From positions 1-64,000 of IMG/VR virus record IMGVR_UViG_3300033142_000925: a stretch of DNA of 64,000 nucleotides. One strand, written 5' to 3'. This DNA comes from a virus. The position numbers and the translations under genes are program-made. Below, piece after piece: positions 18,326 to 26,197 of the stretch. The first letter of the stretch is position 1, and each line of letters begins with the position of its first letter. The notes below the pieces were generated by a model. That model saw only the letters and a list, made by a program, of their open reading frames with translations. It searched no databases and had not been told where the DNA came from.

Positions 18326-19432
18326 TCACTGTTTTCGAGATTTCCTAACAACTGAATTGATATCCAATCGATCAACCCCTTTCCGGTCGTCGAGCCGCTG
18401 CTGATCTTTCTCAGTTCCACGGATCATCTTATCGATACCCTTGCTGCGAGCCATACCGGACAACAACAGGTGAACCTGTAGCTCAGTTATCCGGGAATTG
18501 TAGTAGCTGGTCCGAATCACCGAAGGGGTGTGTCGGGTAGCCTTGCTCACAGATGTGAATATTTCCTCAATGAACTCCGCAGTCCACGACCACCGTTTCC
18601 AACTCATCGGGACCCCGATGGATATCACATACTGCTTTGCTGTTCTGATATCGAGGGACCCGAACACGAGGCTCGACTCTCTGATCGCACGCATCAACCC
18701 TCCATCCTCATCGACCCTCGCTGAAAATACCATCCGACGCAGATCGATATAGCCATTCTTGGCGAACAGCATTCTGCGAAGGTCATTGGCATCCAACGCC
18801 TTGTACCCCGCGGATACATCAATAAAGTCAGAGTACTTTTCCAACTGGGTCAGCACATGGAACCGCTTCAGACTGGTCACTATCCCGGCGTTCACTGCGC
18901 CCCAGTAATCCCCGTCTTCCGACCGGCCGTACCTCTGGACGCAGAAATCGTTGTCAATCAGAAGAGTCGATACCCGTTCTCTCTGGATATACTCTTTGAT
19001 CAACCGGTCCAGTGCTTCCAAAGCGTTCGGCTTGGTCGGCAATCCTTCCCGACTCTCAGGCAACGTGTAGATCAGGAAAATGTCTTTCCCGAGTTCGATC
19101 AGATAGTCCAGCACCGGGAACAGGAATCCAGTTCCAGCACCTCCGCCTCCACCAATAGTGACAAGCACGCTGCGAGCAGGGCCAAAGTTCTTCCGGTTGT
19201 TCAGAAACTCTTCAATATCCTCAATCCTCTCACTGGCAAGTTGTTCACCAAAGTGAGGATCACGACCCGTCCCACCCGTCTCGAATACAAGCCGCTCATA
19301 CCGACCCATACCCATATGGGCAAAGTCGATCCCGGCAAGGTTCATCACCACTGCCGGGATCTCCATACCCTCTTTGAAAGCCTTGGCGAGTCGTCCCCCG
19401 CCTTGGCCCAAACCTATTACGAAGTCAAACAT
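18326..19432 (-). CDS. Tubulin/FtsZ-superfamily GTPase (TubZ/PhuZ-like)
   Basis: GLGQGGGRLA (T1), GGTGRDP (T3), GGGGGAGTG (T4 signature), LPESREG, IDND, LDANDL (T7). Confidence 0.9.
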   Translation of the reverse strand: MFDFVIGLGQGGGRLAKAFKEGMEIPAVVMNLAGIDFAHMGMGRYERLVFETGGTGRDPHFGEQLASERIEDIEEFLNNRKNFGPARSVLVTIGGGGGAGTGFLFPVLDYLIELGKDIFLIYTLPESREGLPTKPNALEALDRLIKEYIQRERVSTLLIDNDFCVQRYGRSEDGDYWGAVNAGIVTSLKRFHVLTQLEKYSDFIDVSAGYKALDANDLRRMLFAKNGYIDLRRMVFSARVDEDGGLMRAIRESSLVFGSLDIRTAKQYVISIGVPMSWKRWSWTAEFIEEIFTSVSKATRHTPSVIRTSYYNSRITELQVHLLLSGMARSKGIDKMIRGTEKDQQRLDDRKGVDRLDINSVVRKSRKQ

Positions 19433-20237
19433 CGAACTTCTCCTTCATCGCAGTCACCCAATTCTCCATGAGTTCCACAAGAGCTTCCACGTCTCCGGCA
19501 GTGTGCTTGATCACTGCTTTCGAGATTTTCAAGGTAGGTACCAGAGCAATTTCTCTGGCAAAGAAGTCGCGAGTCTTTTTCAGCATCCTCGCAAGGTCTT
19601 CCATCCCGCTCACATCCTTACGGAGTTTTTCCCGCATCTTCTTGAGCTTTTCGATGGCCGCCTCTACATCAGAATCCGTTTCATGCCCCTGCTTCTTGAG
19701 TTCTTCCAGTTCGGTAAGAACCTCATCATACGAAATCTGCAAATCATCATTCGAAGAATCGTTCTGGAACTCGTCAACCTGTAACTGCGCCTCTTTCAAC
19801 TTCTCTTCGAGGTCGGCAATCCGCTGGTCCCGTTCGTCCTCGGGCTCCATGTCCATGTCAATATCGAGATCGTCGTCTTCAGGCGGCGCGATCTGAGCGA
19901 GAGCCTTATTCATACTCGTTGCATCGATCTTCAGGATCACATTCCGGTCAGCATAGATTTTCATATACCTCGACGCCTGCTGGCGACCAAAGTTCAGGTG
20001 CTTGTCAACAAACGGAATCCACTGTCCATGAGGTGTCTTTTCCTTATAAGCAGTGAGGGCCGCACCCACATCGATCCACATCTTGACCGATTCCATAGTA
20101 TGAATCGCAGCATTATTATGAAGCTCATTGATCTTAACCGCAGCTTTGACTGCCGCTGCGTTGGCAGGTTTCGTCGTTACCACAGCCTTTGTCTTAGCTG
20201 GGGTTTTCTTCTTCGTCGCTGTCTTTGTACTGGCCAT
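19425..20237 (-). CDS. DUF3102-domain protein with C-terminal coiled coil
   Basis: VGAAL...K...HGQWIPFVDKHLNFGRQQASRYMKIY matches DUF3102; heptad-rich C-terminus; stop overlaps the tubulin start. Confidence 0.7.
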   Translation of the reverse strand: MASTKTATKKKTPAKTKAVVTTKPANAAAVKAAVKINELHNNAAIHTMESVKMWIDVGAALTAYKEKTPHGQWIPFVDKHLNFGRQQASRYMKIYADRNVILKIDATSMNKALAQIAPPEDDDLDIDMDMEPEDERDQRIADLEEKLKEAQLQVDEFQNDSSNDDLQISYDEVLTELEELKKQGHETDSDVEAAIEKLKKMREKLRKDVSGMEDLARMLKKTRDFFAREIALVPTLKISKAVIKHTAGDVEALVELMENWVTAMKEKFDV

Positions 20238-21144
20238 ATATTTCCTCCACTTGGTCAGGTTCTAATTGATTGGGGTCCATCCCCTCTGGTAACTCTACTG
20301 ATACGGTAGGAACATGGCGGTTCAATAATTTGTACTGCCCCACTTTCTTCTCAGTGCCGTACATCCCATCACCCCCGGCATCGTCACCGTCATAGCTTAG
20401 TACCACTTTCTTGGCATACTTTCGTAGAAGCCGGATCTTCTCCGGCGTCATCGCCATTGTACCCATATTCGCCACGGCAGCTATTCCAAACTGCTGAAGG
20501 TAGATAGCATCAAACTCACCTTCTACCACTACAACAGTAAATAATCGTCGGTTCGGTGAATACCTTACAACCTGTCTCAATCCGAATAGCGCCCGATGAG
20601 GTGATCTGCTCTTCCTCGTTTTCGGTGCCATCTCCGGTTTCACCGCTCTTCCTACATATGAAACCAGCCTCCCTTCCGGCGTATAAATTGGAAGCACTAC
20701 ACGGTCGTGATATTTCTTCACACCTGACCGCATATCAAATCGCCGGATCATGCTCTCGTCTATCCCACGCCGGAGAATGTACTGCCATTCCGGGGAGCCC
20801 TCTTCCAGCTTAGGGAATACTTTATGGAATGATTTGATATTGAAATACTTAAATCGGTTGTCGTCAGAATGCAGCTTCTCCCGGATACGCTCTTCCAGTT
20901 CTGAAATGTCATCCTGACCTCGAACCAATCTACGAGCCAGTGACATGGGAATACCCACAGTCTCCACAAGGAACTCCGCAAGACCGGCCTCAGCACCGCA
21001 AGCGAAGCACCTGAAATAACCACTATCGGCCCAGATTCCCCCGGACGGATTGTGATCGTCGTGAAATGGACAGATCACCATGAGGCGCTTATCGCCATCC
21101 TCGTAATCAACACCTTGACCACGTAAGATCGCTTCAACTTCCAA
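20194..21144 (-). CDS. dnaG: DNA primase (CHC2 Zn finger + TOPRIM)
   Basis: CPFHDDHNPS...CFAC, VEGEFDAI, YDGDDAG. Confidence 0.92.
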   Translation of the reverse strand: MEVEAILRGQGVDYEDGDKRLMVICPFHDDHNPSGGIWADSGYFRCFACGAEAGLAEFLVETVGIPMSLARRLVRGQDDISELEERIREKLHSDDNRFKYFNIKSFHKVFPKLEEGSPEWQYILRRGIDESMIRRFDMRSGVKKYHDRVVLPIYTPEGRLVSYVGRAVKPEMAPKTRKSRSPHRALFGLRQVVRYSPNRRLFTVVVVEGEFDAIYLQQFGIAAVANMGTMAMTPEKIRLLRKYAKKVVLSYDGDDAGGDGMYGTEKKVGQYKLLNRHVPTVSVELPEGMDPNQLEPDQVEEIYGQYKDSDEEENPS

Positions 21145-22594
21145 GGCTCTTCTTCCCCGCTCTCGGTTTAGGTTTCGGCTTCCTCGCCTTTCGTTCCATG
21201 TCTATAGAGTGCCCAGTCATACCGGCAAGCGTACTGGTTCTCTTGACCTCTTCATTCAATCGCATGATCGACAGGTTAGGACTCAGCTTGATCGGTTTCT
21301 TCGGCGGCTCAGCATTACGCATCTTGACTACCTGAAACTTCATCCGACCCTCAATCACATCCTTATCCGTACGGATCAATGCTACAATCACCGGGGCGGC
21401 CTCTGATATTGCTCGGGCATACTTCAGGTCCGACGCGTCGTACAGTTCCTTTCCATAGGCTTCATCAATCACCTGTCCAGCGGTCCACCCTACAAGGTCA
21501 TGCTCATTACAGAATGCCTTGAAATCCCAGACCACCTCGCTCTGATCCTTCCAATCGCTCCGGCCTTTCATGATAGGCTCAACGATGTTAATATAATCCA
21601 ACCCGACCACATCAATCCGCTTCCCCGTCTCTTCCTCGAAGCGCAGCTTATCCCGTTCTAAATCAGCTACCGTCCACCGGCGAGGATATCCACACAAGGC
21701 CAACACGTTATCACGTGATGCTTTGTACTGGATGATCGTTTCGTCCCATCTCTTGTAGTCGGCTGGATCAAGATCGGCGGTCCTGAACTTCATCCCGTGT
21801 ATCCGAGTGAGCCGGGAGTCAATCCTGAATGCCAATTCATCTACTGACATCTCACCGGAACCTATCATCACATTGTGGCCGTGTTCGTAAGCAGTCACAC
21901 AGAACTCAATGATGGCGGCTGTCTTCCCTACTCCGGTCACCCCTGCTACCAGTGCAAACTCTTTCGGCATGATACCGCCAGTCATCCGATCAAACGCATA
22001 GATACCGGTACGGATACCAGCCTCCCCATCCTCGGACTCGTCCTTTGCCGCTTCCTTCTCTTCCATCACTTCCTTTCTATGGGCATAATGATCCAGATAC
22101 AGGACAGCGTTCTCAGAGTCTCGAATTACGGCTTCTCTGGATACACTTGATAGGGTACGTTTCGAAGAGTCCAAATCAAACTGACGTATCGATCCAATCA
22201 CAGACCCACACGCAACAAGGACCCGGCGCGACTCCGACAACCGAAGAAGCTGGGTCATCATATGCCGTACCGTCTTAGGACTGATCGGCGCGGTGTTCAC
22301 TTCGTATAACTGTTCCAGAGCTTCAGCAAATAATCCCTGCTCTGACTTGCTCATGATCCCTCGATCTCGTAGCTCATTCAGGACCATGGCTTTTGACAAG
22401 GTTATCCGAAGGTCCTCGGCTACCGTGTACACGTCCTGTAACAGAATGTCAGAAAACCAGTCTTTCTCTACTGTACCCAACACAGCGGGATTTTCCCGGA
22501 GGGCATAAGCAAGCAATTGGTATTCAATCTCGATGTCTCTAAAATCTGAAGCCCTCTCAGTGACTTCCTGCTCAATACTCTTTTTCCCAGCCAA
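21134..22594 (-). CDS. dnaB: DnaB-like replicative helicase
   Basis: GVTGVGKT, SGEMS, LDYI, KMRN; likely TTG start 22594 after AGGAGG. Confidence 0.9.
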   Translation of the reverse strand: MAGKKSIEQEVTERASDFRDIEIEYQLLAYALRENPAVLGTVEKDWFSDILLQDVYTVAEDLRITLSKAMVLNELRDRGIMSKSEQGLFAEALEQLYEVNTAPISPKTVRHMMTQLLRLSESRRVLVACGSVIGSIRQFDLDSSKRTLSSVSREAVIRDSENAVLYLDHYAHRKEVMEEKEAAKDESEDGEAGIRTGIYAFDRMTGGIMPKEFALVAGVTGVGKTAAIIEFCVTAYEHGHNVMIGSGEMSVDELAFRIDSRLTRIHGMKFRTADLDPADYKRWDETIIQYKASRDNVLALCGYPRRWTVADLERDKLRFEEETGKRIDVVGLDYINIVEPIMKGRSDWKDQSEVVWDFKAFCNEHDLVGWTAGQVIDEAYGKELYDASDLKYARAISEAAPVIVALIRTDKDVIEGRMKFQVVKMRNAEPPKKPIKLSPNLSIMRLNEEVKRTSTLAGMTGHSIDMERKARKPKPKPRAGKKSLGS

Positions 22595-23375
22595 TTGCTT
22601 CCTCCTGAGTTTCCCGGTCGTACAGTTCACTCGCAAACTTCACGATGTGTGGGTTCATATAATCAATATCCTCTTCCATTCTATCCGACCAATCCGAGTT
22701 CTGAGTCTTCCGGTAATCCTCACCAGCCATAATCAGGAAGCGAAGGTGCCCCCGCAACATGGACATAGTAGATTCCCCGAACATCCTTCCCAGTTCCTCT
22801 TCATGAAGGTTGGTACAGATGATAAACGCGACACCTCCCGATATCATCCGGCGGATAAACTCTTCCAGAGTCTTCGCCACGAAGTTTGATTTCTGGGCGA
22901 TGTATACCTTATCTAACTCATCGAACAATATGATTTTTCCTGACTCATATTCTTCTAAAAGTTCGCTATCTTTTACCTTCACCGCTTCCACATACTGCTG
23001 GGCCGTGAAGTACTGAACAGAATAGCCCTGTACAACCGCAGCTTTTCCGATAGCACACTGAATCGAAGTCTTTCCACGGCCATTCGGACCCATGAGCAGC
23101 ATACCCAGAGATTTCCGAGTCGCTATCTTCAGCTTGTCGATGTATCTGGAAGCCACAACAAGCATCTGCTCCGGGCGGACCTCAGTCAGGTCTTCCAGTG
23201 CGAGATCCCAGTATTCCGTCGGTATCTTCGCCTCGATCAGACCGTTCAGATAACGCTGTACGATCCGACAGGAACACTCATGCTCCCCGATGAAGCCTAC
23301 ACCTTGACAGATCGTACAGCCGTCGACCAACTCAGCTTTCAGGTCTGTCATCTGATCAATCAGTTTCTTTCTCAT
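22572..23375 (-). CDS. DnaC/IstB-like helicase loader ATPase
   Basis: CTIC..G...CSC Zn site, GPNGRGKT, FDEL, CTN, GEDYR. Confidence 0.85.
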   Translation of the reverse strand: MRKKLIDQMTDLKAELVDGCTICQGVGFIGEHECSCRIVQRYLNGLIEAKIPTEYWDLALEDLTEVRPEQMLVVASRYIDKLKIATRKSLGMLLMGPNGRGKTSIQCAIGKAAVVQGYSVQYFTAQQYVEAVKVKDSELLEEYESGKIILFDELDKVYIAQKSNFVAKTLEEFIRRMISGGVAFIICTNLHEEELGRMFGESTMSMLRGHLRFLIMAGEDYRKTQNSDWSDRMEEDIDYMNPHIVKFASELYDRETQEEAIGWEKEY

Positions 23376-24147
23376 TCTTTCCCTCCCCAAACTCTGCAAT
23401 CAACGTCTTCTCCTGTTCATCCAGTAGTTTTTTATACGCTGCACTGTTCTCCATGTTCGTAGATACGTTCAGATAAGTATCGTCATCCTCCATAGCATCC
23501 TCGAACTCTGAAAGCATACTCGGATACAAGAACAGCCCAAAGTTAAACTTCATCCTCGGGTACTTCTCCACACGATACCATTTACAGTACGCATCGAAGT
23601 CCACTTGACCCACAACTTCCAGCAGTGTAGCAAACTTGTTCTTCTTCGTCAGGAACACGGGGTTGATTTGTGAAGGTCTGAAATACTTCAGTAGGATGAC
23701 TTCCACCTTCTGCCAATCCTCATCATCCCTGATATCCTCAGCACTCCACTGACCTTTCAAATGTACACCCGAGTGACCATTTGCCAAACTTTTAGGTTTA
23801 GCCGTAGCCGTCCCGTTCTCTCTCTCTTCTCTTATACTATTACTATATACCTTTAAGATAAGAGGAACAGACTCGGCTATAGCTAAACCTAATTTATTTA
23901 GCACCCGCACCTCCTTTCTGTTACCCTTGGCAGTGGCCACCTCAATAAAACCGGTTGCTGCCAGTGCGCGAGTAGTGTGTGTGATCATCTGCTTAGATAA
24001 CCCTGTAGCTTTCCTGATCTCGTCCTGTGTGGGAGCATCCTGACCGTGGTCCTCGAAGTAACTGAATAGCAGCAGTAGTTGATACCGGTCACTGGCGGCT
24101 GCCAGCTTCCATAGATTTGTACGTGTCTTCGCCGATAGCGCCCTCAT
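23356..24147 (-). CDS. Putative replication initiator (N-terminal wHTH)
   Basis: PTQDEIRKATGLSKQMI...LAATGFI HTH; directly upstream of loader and helicase; AT-rich internal linker. Confidence 0.6.
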   Translation of the reverse strand: MRALSAKTRTNLWKLAAASDRYQLLLLFSYFEDHGQDAPTQDEIRKATGLSKQMITHTTRALAATGFIEVATAKGNRKEVRVLNKLGLAIAESVPLILKVYSNSIREERENGTATAKPKSLANGHSGVHLKGQWSAEDIRDDEDWQKVEVILLKYFRPSQINPVFLTKKNKFATLLEVVGQVDFDAYCKWYRVEKYPRMKFNFGLFLYPSMLSEFEDAMEDDDTYLNVSTNMENSAAYKKLLDEQEKTLIAEFGEGKNEKETD

Positions 24148-24509
24148 TACAGAAGATCCTCCTCAGCAGATACTGAAGGTGGAGCCACTTGATGGACGGT
24201 AGTTGTCATCTCTAAGCTGGACCGTCTTCTCTTTCTGGGATTCTGATACATACCAGAGAATGAGGTATACACCAGTGTCTCGGCAGTTCGCCTACCTATC
24301 CGGGGATCATGCTCGACAAGGGCTCTGGCCGCCTGCCGCTTGTTCATTCCCCTTACCAGACAATCCTCAAGGTACTCGACCCGCTGCATAGTAACGGTCA
24401 TACTCTCCCGGTGCTCACTATACGCCTTTGACAACTCCATCATATCTGGATCATTTACCGTCCCCTGTACAATAACAGTTTCGATAGCTGTGCGCAATCG
24501 TTTCGTCAT
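24147..24509 (-). CDS. Hypothetical protein
   Basis: AAGGGGG RBS; TAATG overlap with the initiator. Confidence 0.6.
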   Translation of the reverse strand: MTKRLRTAIETVIVQGTVNDPDMMELSKAYSEHRESMTVTMQRVEYLEDCLVRGMNKRQAARALVEHDPRIGRRTAETLVYTSFSGMYQNPRKRRRSSLEMTTTVHQVAPPSVSAEEDLL

Positions 24510-24534
24510 AGAGACCCCCTTTAATAAGAACTAA

Positions 24535-25119
24535 TCACACGAGCGGGAGATTTCTAACAACACTTTTGAAAACACGGCGGTGAATTACGTACAGATAGTC
24601 CACGGGGATCGACAATTCGTCCGCCGATTCTTGGGCAGAGTATCCCTTACGCATGAGTCGAAACCAGTCCAAAGCAGTTCGGTATAGTTTTGGACTGTTA
24701 GCCTTTTTCAAAGCAGTTCGGTATTGTCTTGGACGGTTTGCTTCCGTACTGAGTATTTCTTCGATACGGTCAAGGGTGATGTTCGCTTCCACAAGCTCAT
24801 AACATGGGTCATGGTCCGCGAACTCTTGCGGGTGTGCATACTGATCATAGTGGGCCATCTTCTCGTTGAATGGTAGCTTCCTCAGCCGTCCATCGATCAT
24901 ATGGCCATACTTGGAAAATGCTGCGGAGCGGGCAGTCTCCACCGGGGTCTTGCGCCCGTCGTACTTATTCATCGCCTTGATGATCGCTTCCCATATCTCC
25001 TGTTCAGCATCCTCTCTGTCCATGGAATTAGGGAATCTTCGGGCGACCTTGTACGCGTGGTATCCTACATAATTCTTCAGATACCCATCTGTCATTACTT
25101 CATTTAATACGGCAGTCAT
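24535..25119 (-). CDS. Phage sigma70-family (ECF-like) sigma factor
   Basis: Region 2-like DREDAEQEIWEAIIKAMNKYD; region 4 HTH GYSAQESADELSIP; GAGGAGG RBS. Confidence 0.7.
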   Translation of the reverse strand: MTAVLNEVMTDGYLKNYVGYHAYKVARRFPNSMDREDAEQEIWEAIIKAMNKYDGRKTPVETARSAAFSKYGHMIDGRLRKLPFNEKMAHYDQYAHPQEFADHDPCYELVEANITLDRIEEILSTEANRPRQYRTALKKANSPKLYRTALDWFRLMRKGYSAQESADELSIPVDYLYVIHRRVFKSVVRNLPLV

Positions 25120-25151
25120 AGCTTCCTCCTCAAGAAACTTGTTCTGCTATA

Positions 25152-25180
25152 ATAGTACCACATTGACAAGTCTGTGTCAA
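25152..25180 (-). promoter_or_regulatory. Sigma70-type promoter for the sigma/replication operon
   Basis: TTGACA (25180-25175), 17-nt spacer, TG-extended TACTAT (25157-25152). Confidence 0.8.
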
Positions 25181-25209
25181 GTCGTGTTTTTTCGTGTTCT
25201 TCGGGAGAT

Positions 25210-25271
25210 AAAAGAGGTGACTCCATTACAGAGCCACCCCAAAGAGAAGAGAGACCACCCCGAAGGGCGAT
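25210..25271 (-). terminator. Tandem hairpins / intrinsic terminator closing the late operon
   Basis: ATCGCCC-TTCG-GGGTGGT followed by GGGGTGGCTC-N7-GAGTCACCTC-TTTT. Confidence 0.7.
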
Positions 25272-25272
25272 G

Positions 25273-25788
25273 TTATCTTGTACCAAAGTAGATACCGACA
25301 CCGATCAACACAGTCTCCACGATAACTACTACAAACAGAGTATCCCGCTGAGACTTCAGCTTGCCCTGTTTGATTTCATATTCCGTCACGAGATCAATTA
25401 TTGCCTGCTCGTGAACGCCTTCATTCGCCTTCAGTTCCGCCAGTGTATCTGTCAAAGATATCCCCAAGTCGGTCAATTGTTCCTCCAAGCTCAGTATGTG
25501 AGATTCCAAGCTTGCTTGTCTCACTAAGGCCCTCGCTAATACTCTGTTCAAGTCGTCTATTTTCTGCTGCGAGGTCACCTGAGATTCCGAGGCTTCTATC
25601 AAGGTCCGCTCTAAGTTCTTGATTATCCCGCTTTGTGTCTGCCACTGTTGTTTCAAGGTCTGATACTCGGACATTAGCGTCTTCCAGTCCTCGTTTGTAA
25701 CTGTCACGCTCTGCGCGAAGGCTATCGGCAAGTTCATTAGCAGCAGTGAGATCAGGATCAGGCCGGAGACGAACCGCAATCGAGTCAT
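25273..25788 (-). CDS. Signal peptide + coiled coil + C-terminal TM protein (spanin-like partner)
   Basis: N-terminal hydrophobic segment ending AFA-Q, long heptads, C-terminal FVVVIVETVLIGVGIYF. Confidence 0.55.
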   Translation of the reverse strand: MTRLRFVSGLILISLLLMNLPIAFAQSVTVTNEDWKTLMSEYQTLKQQWQTQSGIIKNLERTLIEASESQVTSQQKIDDLNRVLARALVRQASLESHILSLEEQLTDLGISLTDTLAELKANEGVHEQAIIDLVTEYEIKQGKLKSQRDTLFVVVIVETVLIGVGIYFGTR

Positions 25789-25852
25789 AGACCGCCACCA
25801 TCAGCAGAATTATTACCAGCGCTGCTATCGCCTTCCACATCCACGGTTTCAT
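25421..25852 (-). CDS. Putative i-spanin (N-terminal TM + coiled coil)
   Basis: AGGAGG RBS; AIAALVIILLMVAVY TM then heptad repeats; overlaps the partner ORF in another frame. Confidence 0.55.
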   Translation of the reverse strand: MKPWMWKAIAALVIILLMVAVYDSIAVRLRPDPDLTAANELADSLRAERDSYKRGLEDANVRVSDLETTVADTKRDNQELRADLDRSLGISGDLAAENRRLEQSISEGLSETSKLGISHTELGGTIDRLGDIFDRYTGGTEGE

Positions 25853-26183
25853 TCTTACCTCCTGTTACTGTTCGTGCTTGCATACCTGCCCCGATATTCT
25901 TCGAGGTTTCCCGGAGTCCATACCGGGCTGCGATTGCTATGAGAACTCCCGACAACGATGCGAGGACCGTGCCGAACTTCATGTTATCAATGAGTTGTGA
26001 GTAGAACATCACCGGCACTTCCATGAACCTGCCTTCCTCGTCAGTCATGGCCGCAAGTTCCTTCATATCGCCCATGGCTTGGACTGTTAAAAAGCTCATC
26101 AATACCAGTACACCAATACAGATCAACGTGAATGTCAGTGCGATCCTGAACAACCGCCCTCCTGACTGTTTGAATAATGCCAT
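25785..26183 (-). CDS. Putative holin (two TM segments)
   Basis: Two hydrophobic stretches; sits between the tail fibres and the spanin-like pair. Confidence 0.5.
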   Translation of the reverse strand: MALFKQSGGRLFRIALTFTLICIGVLVLMSFLTVQAMGDMKELAAMTDEEGRFMEVPVMFYSQLIDNMKFGTVLASLSGVLIAIAARYGLRETSKNIGAGMQARTVTGGKNETVDVEGDSSAGNNSADGGGL

Positions 26184-26197
26184 CTTATCCCCCTACT

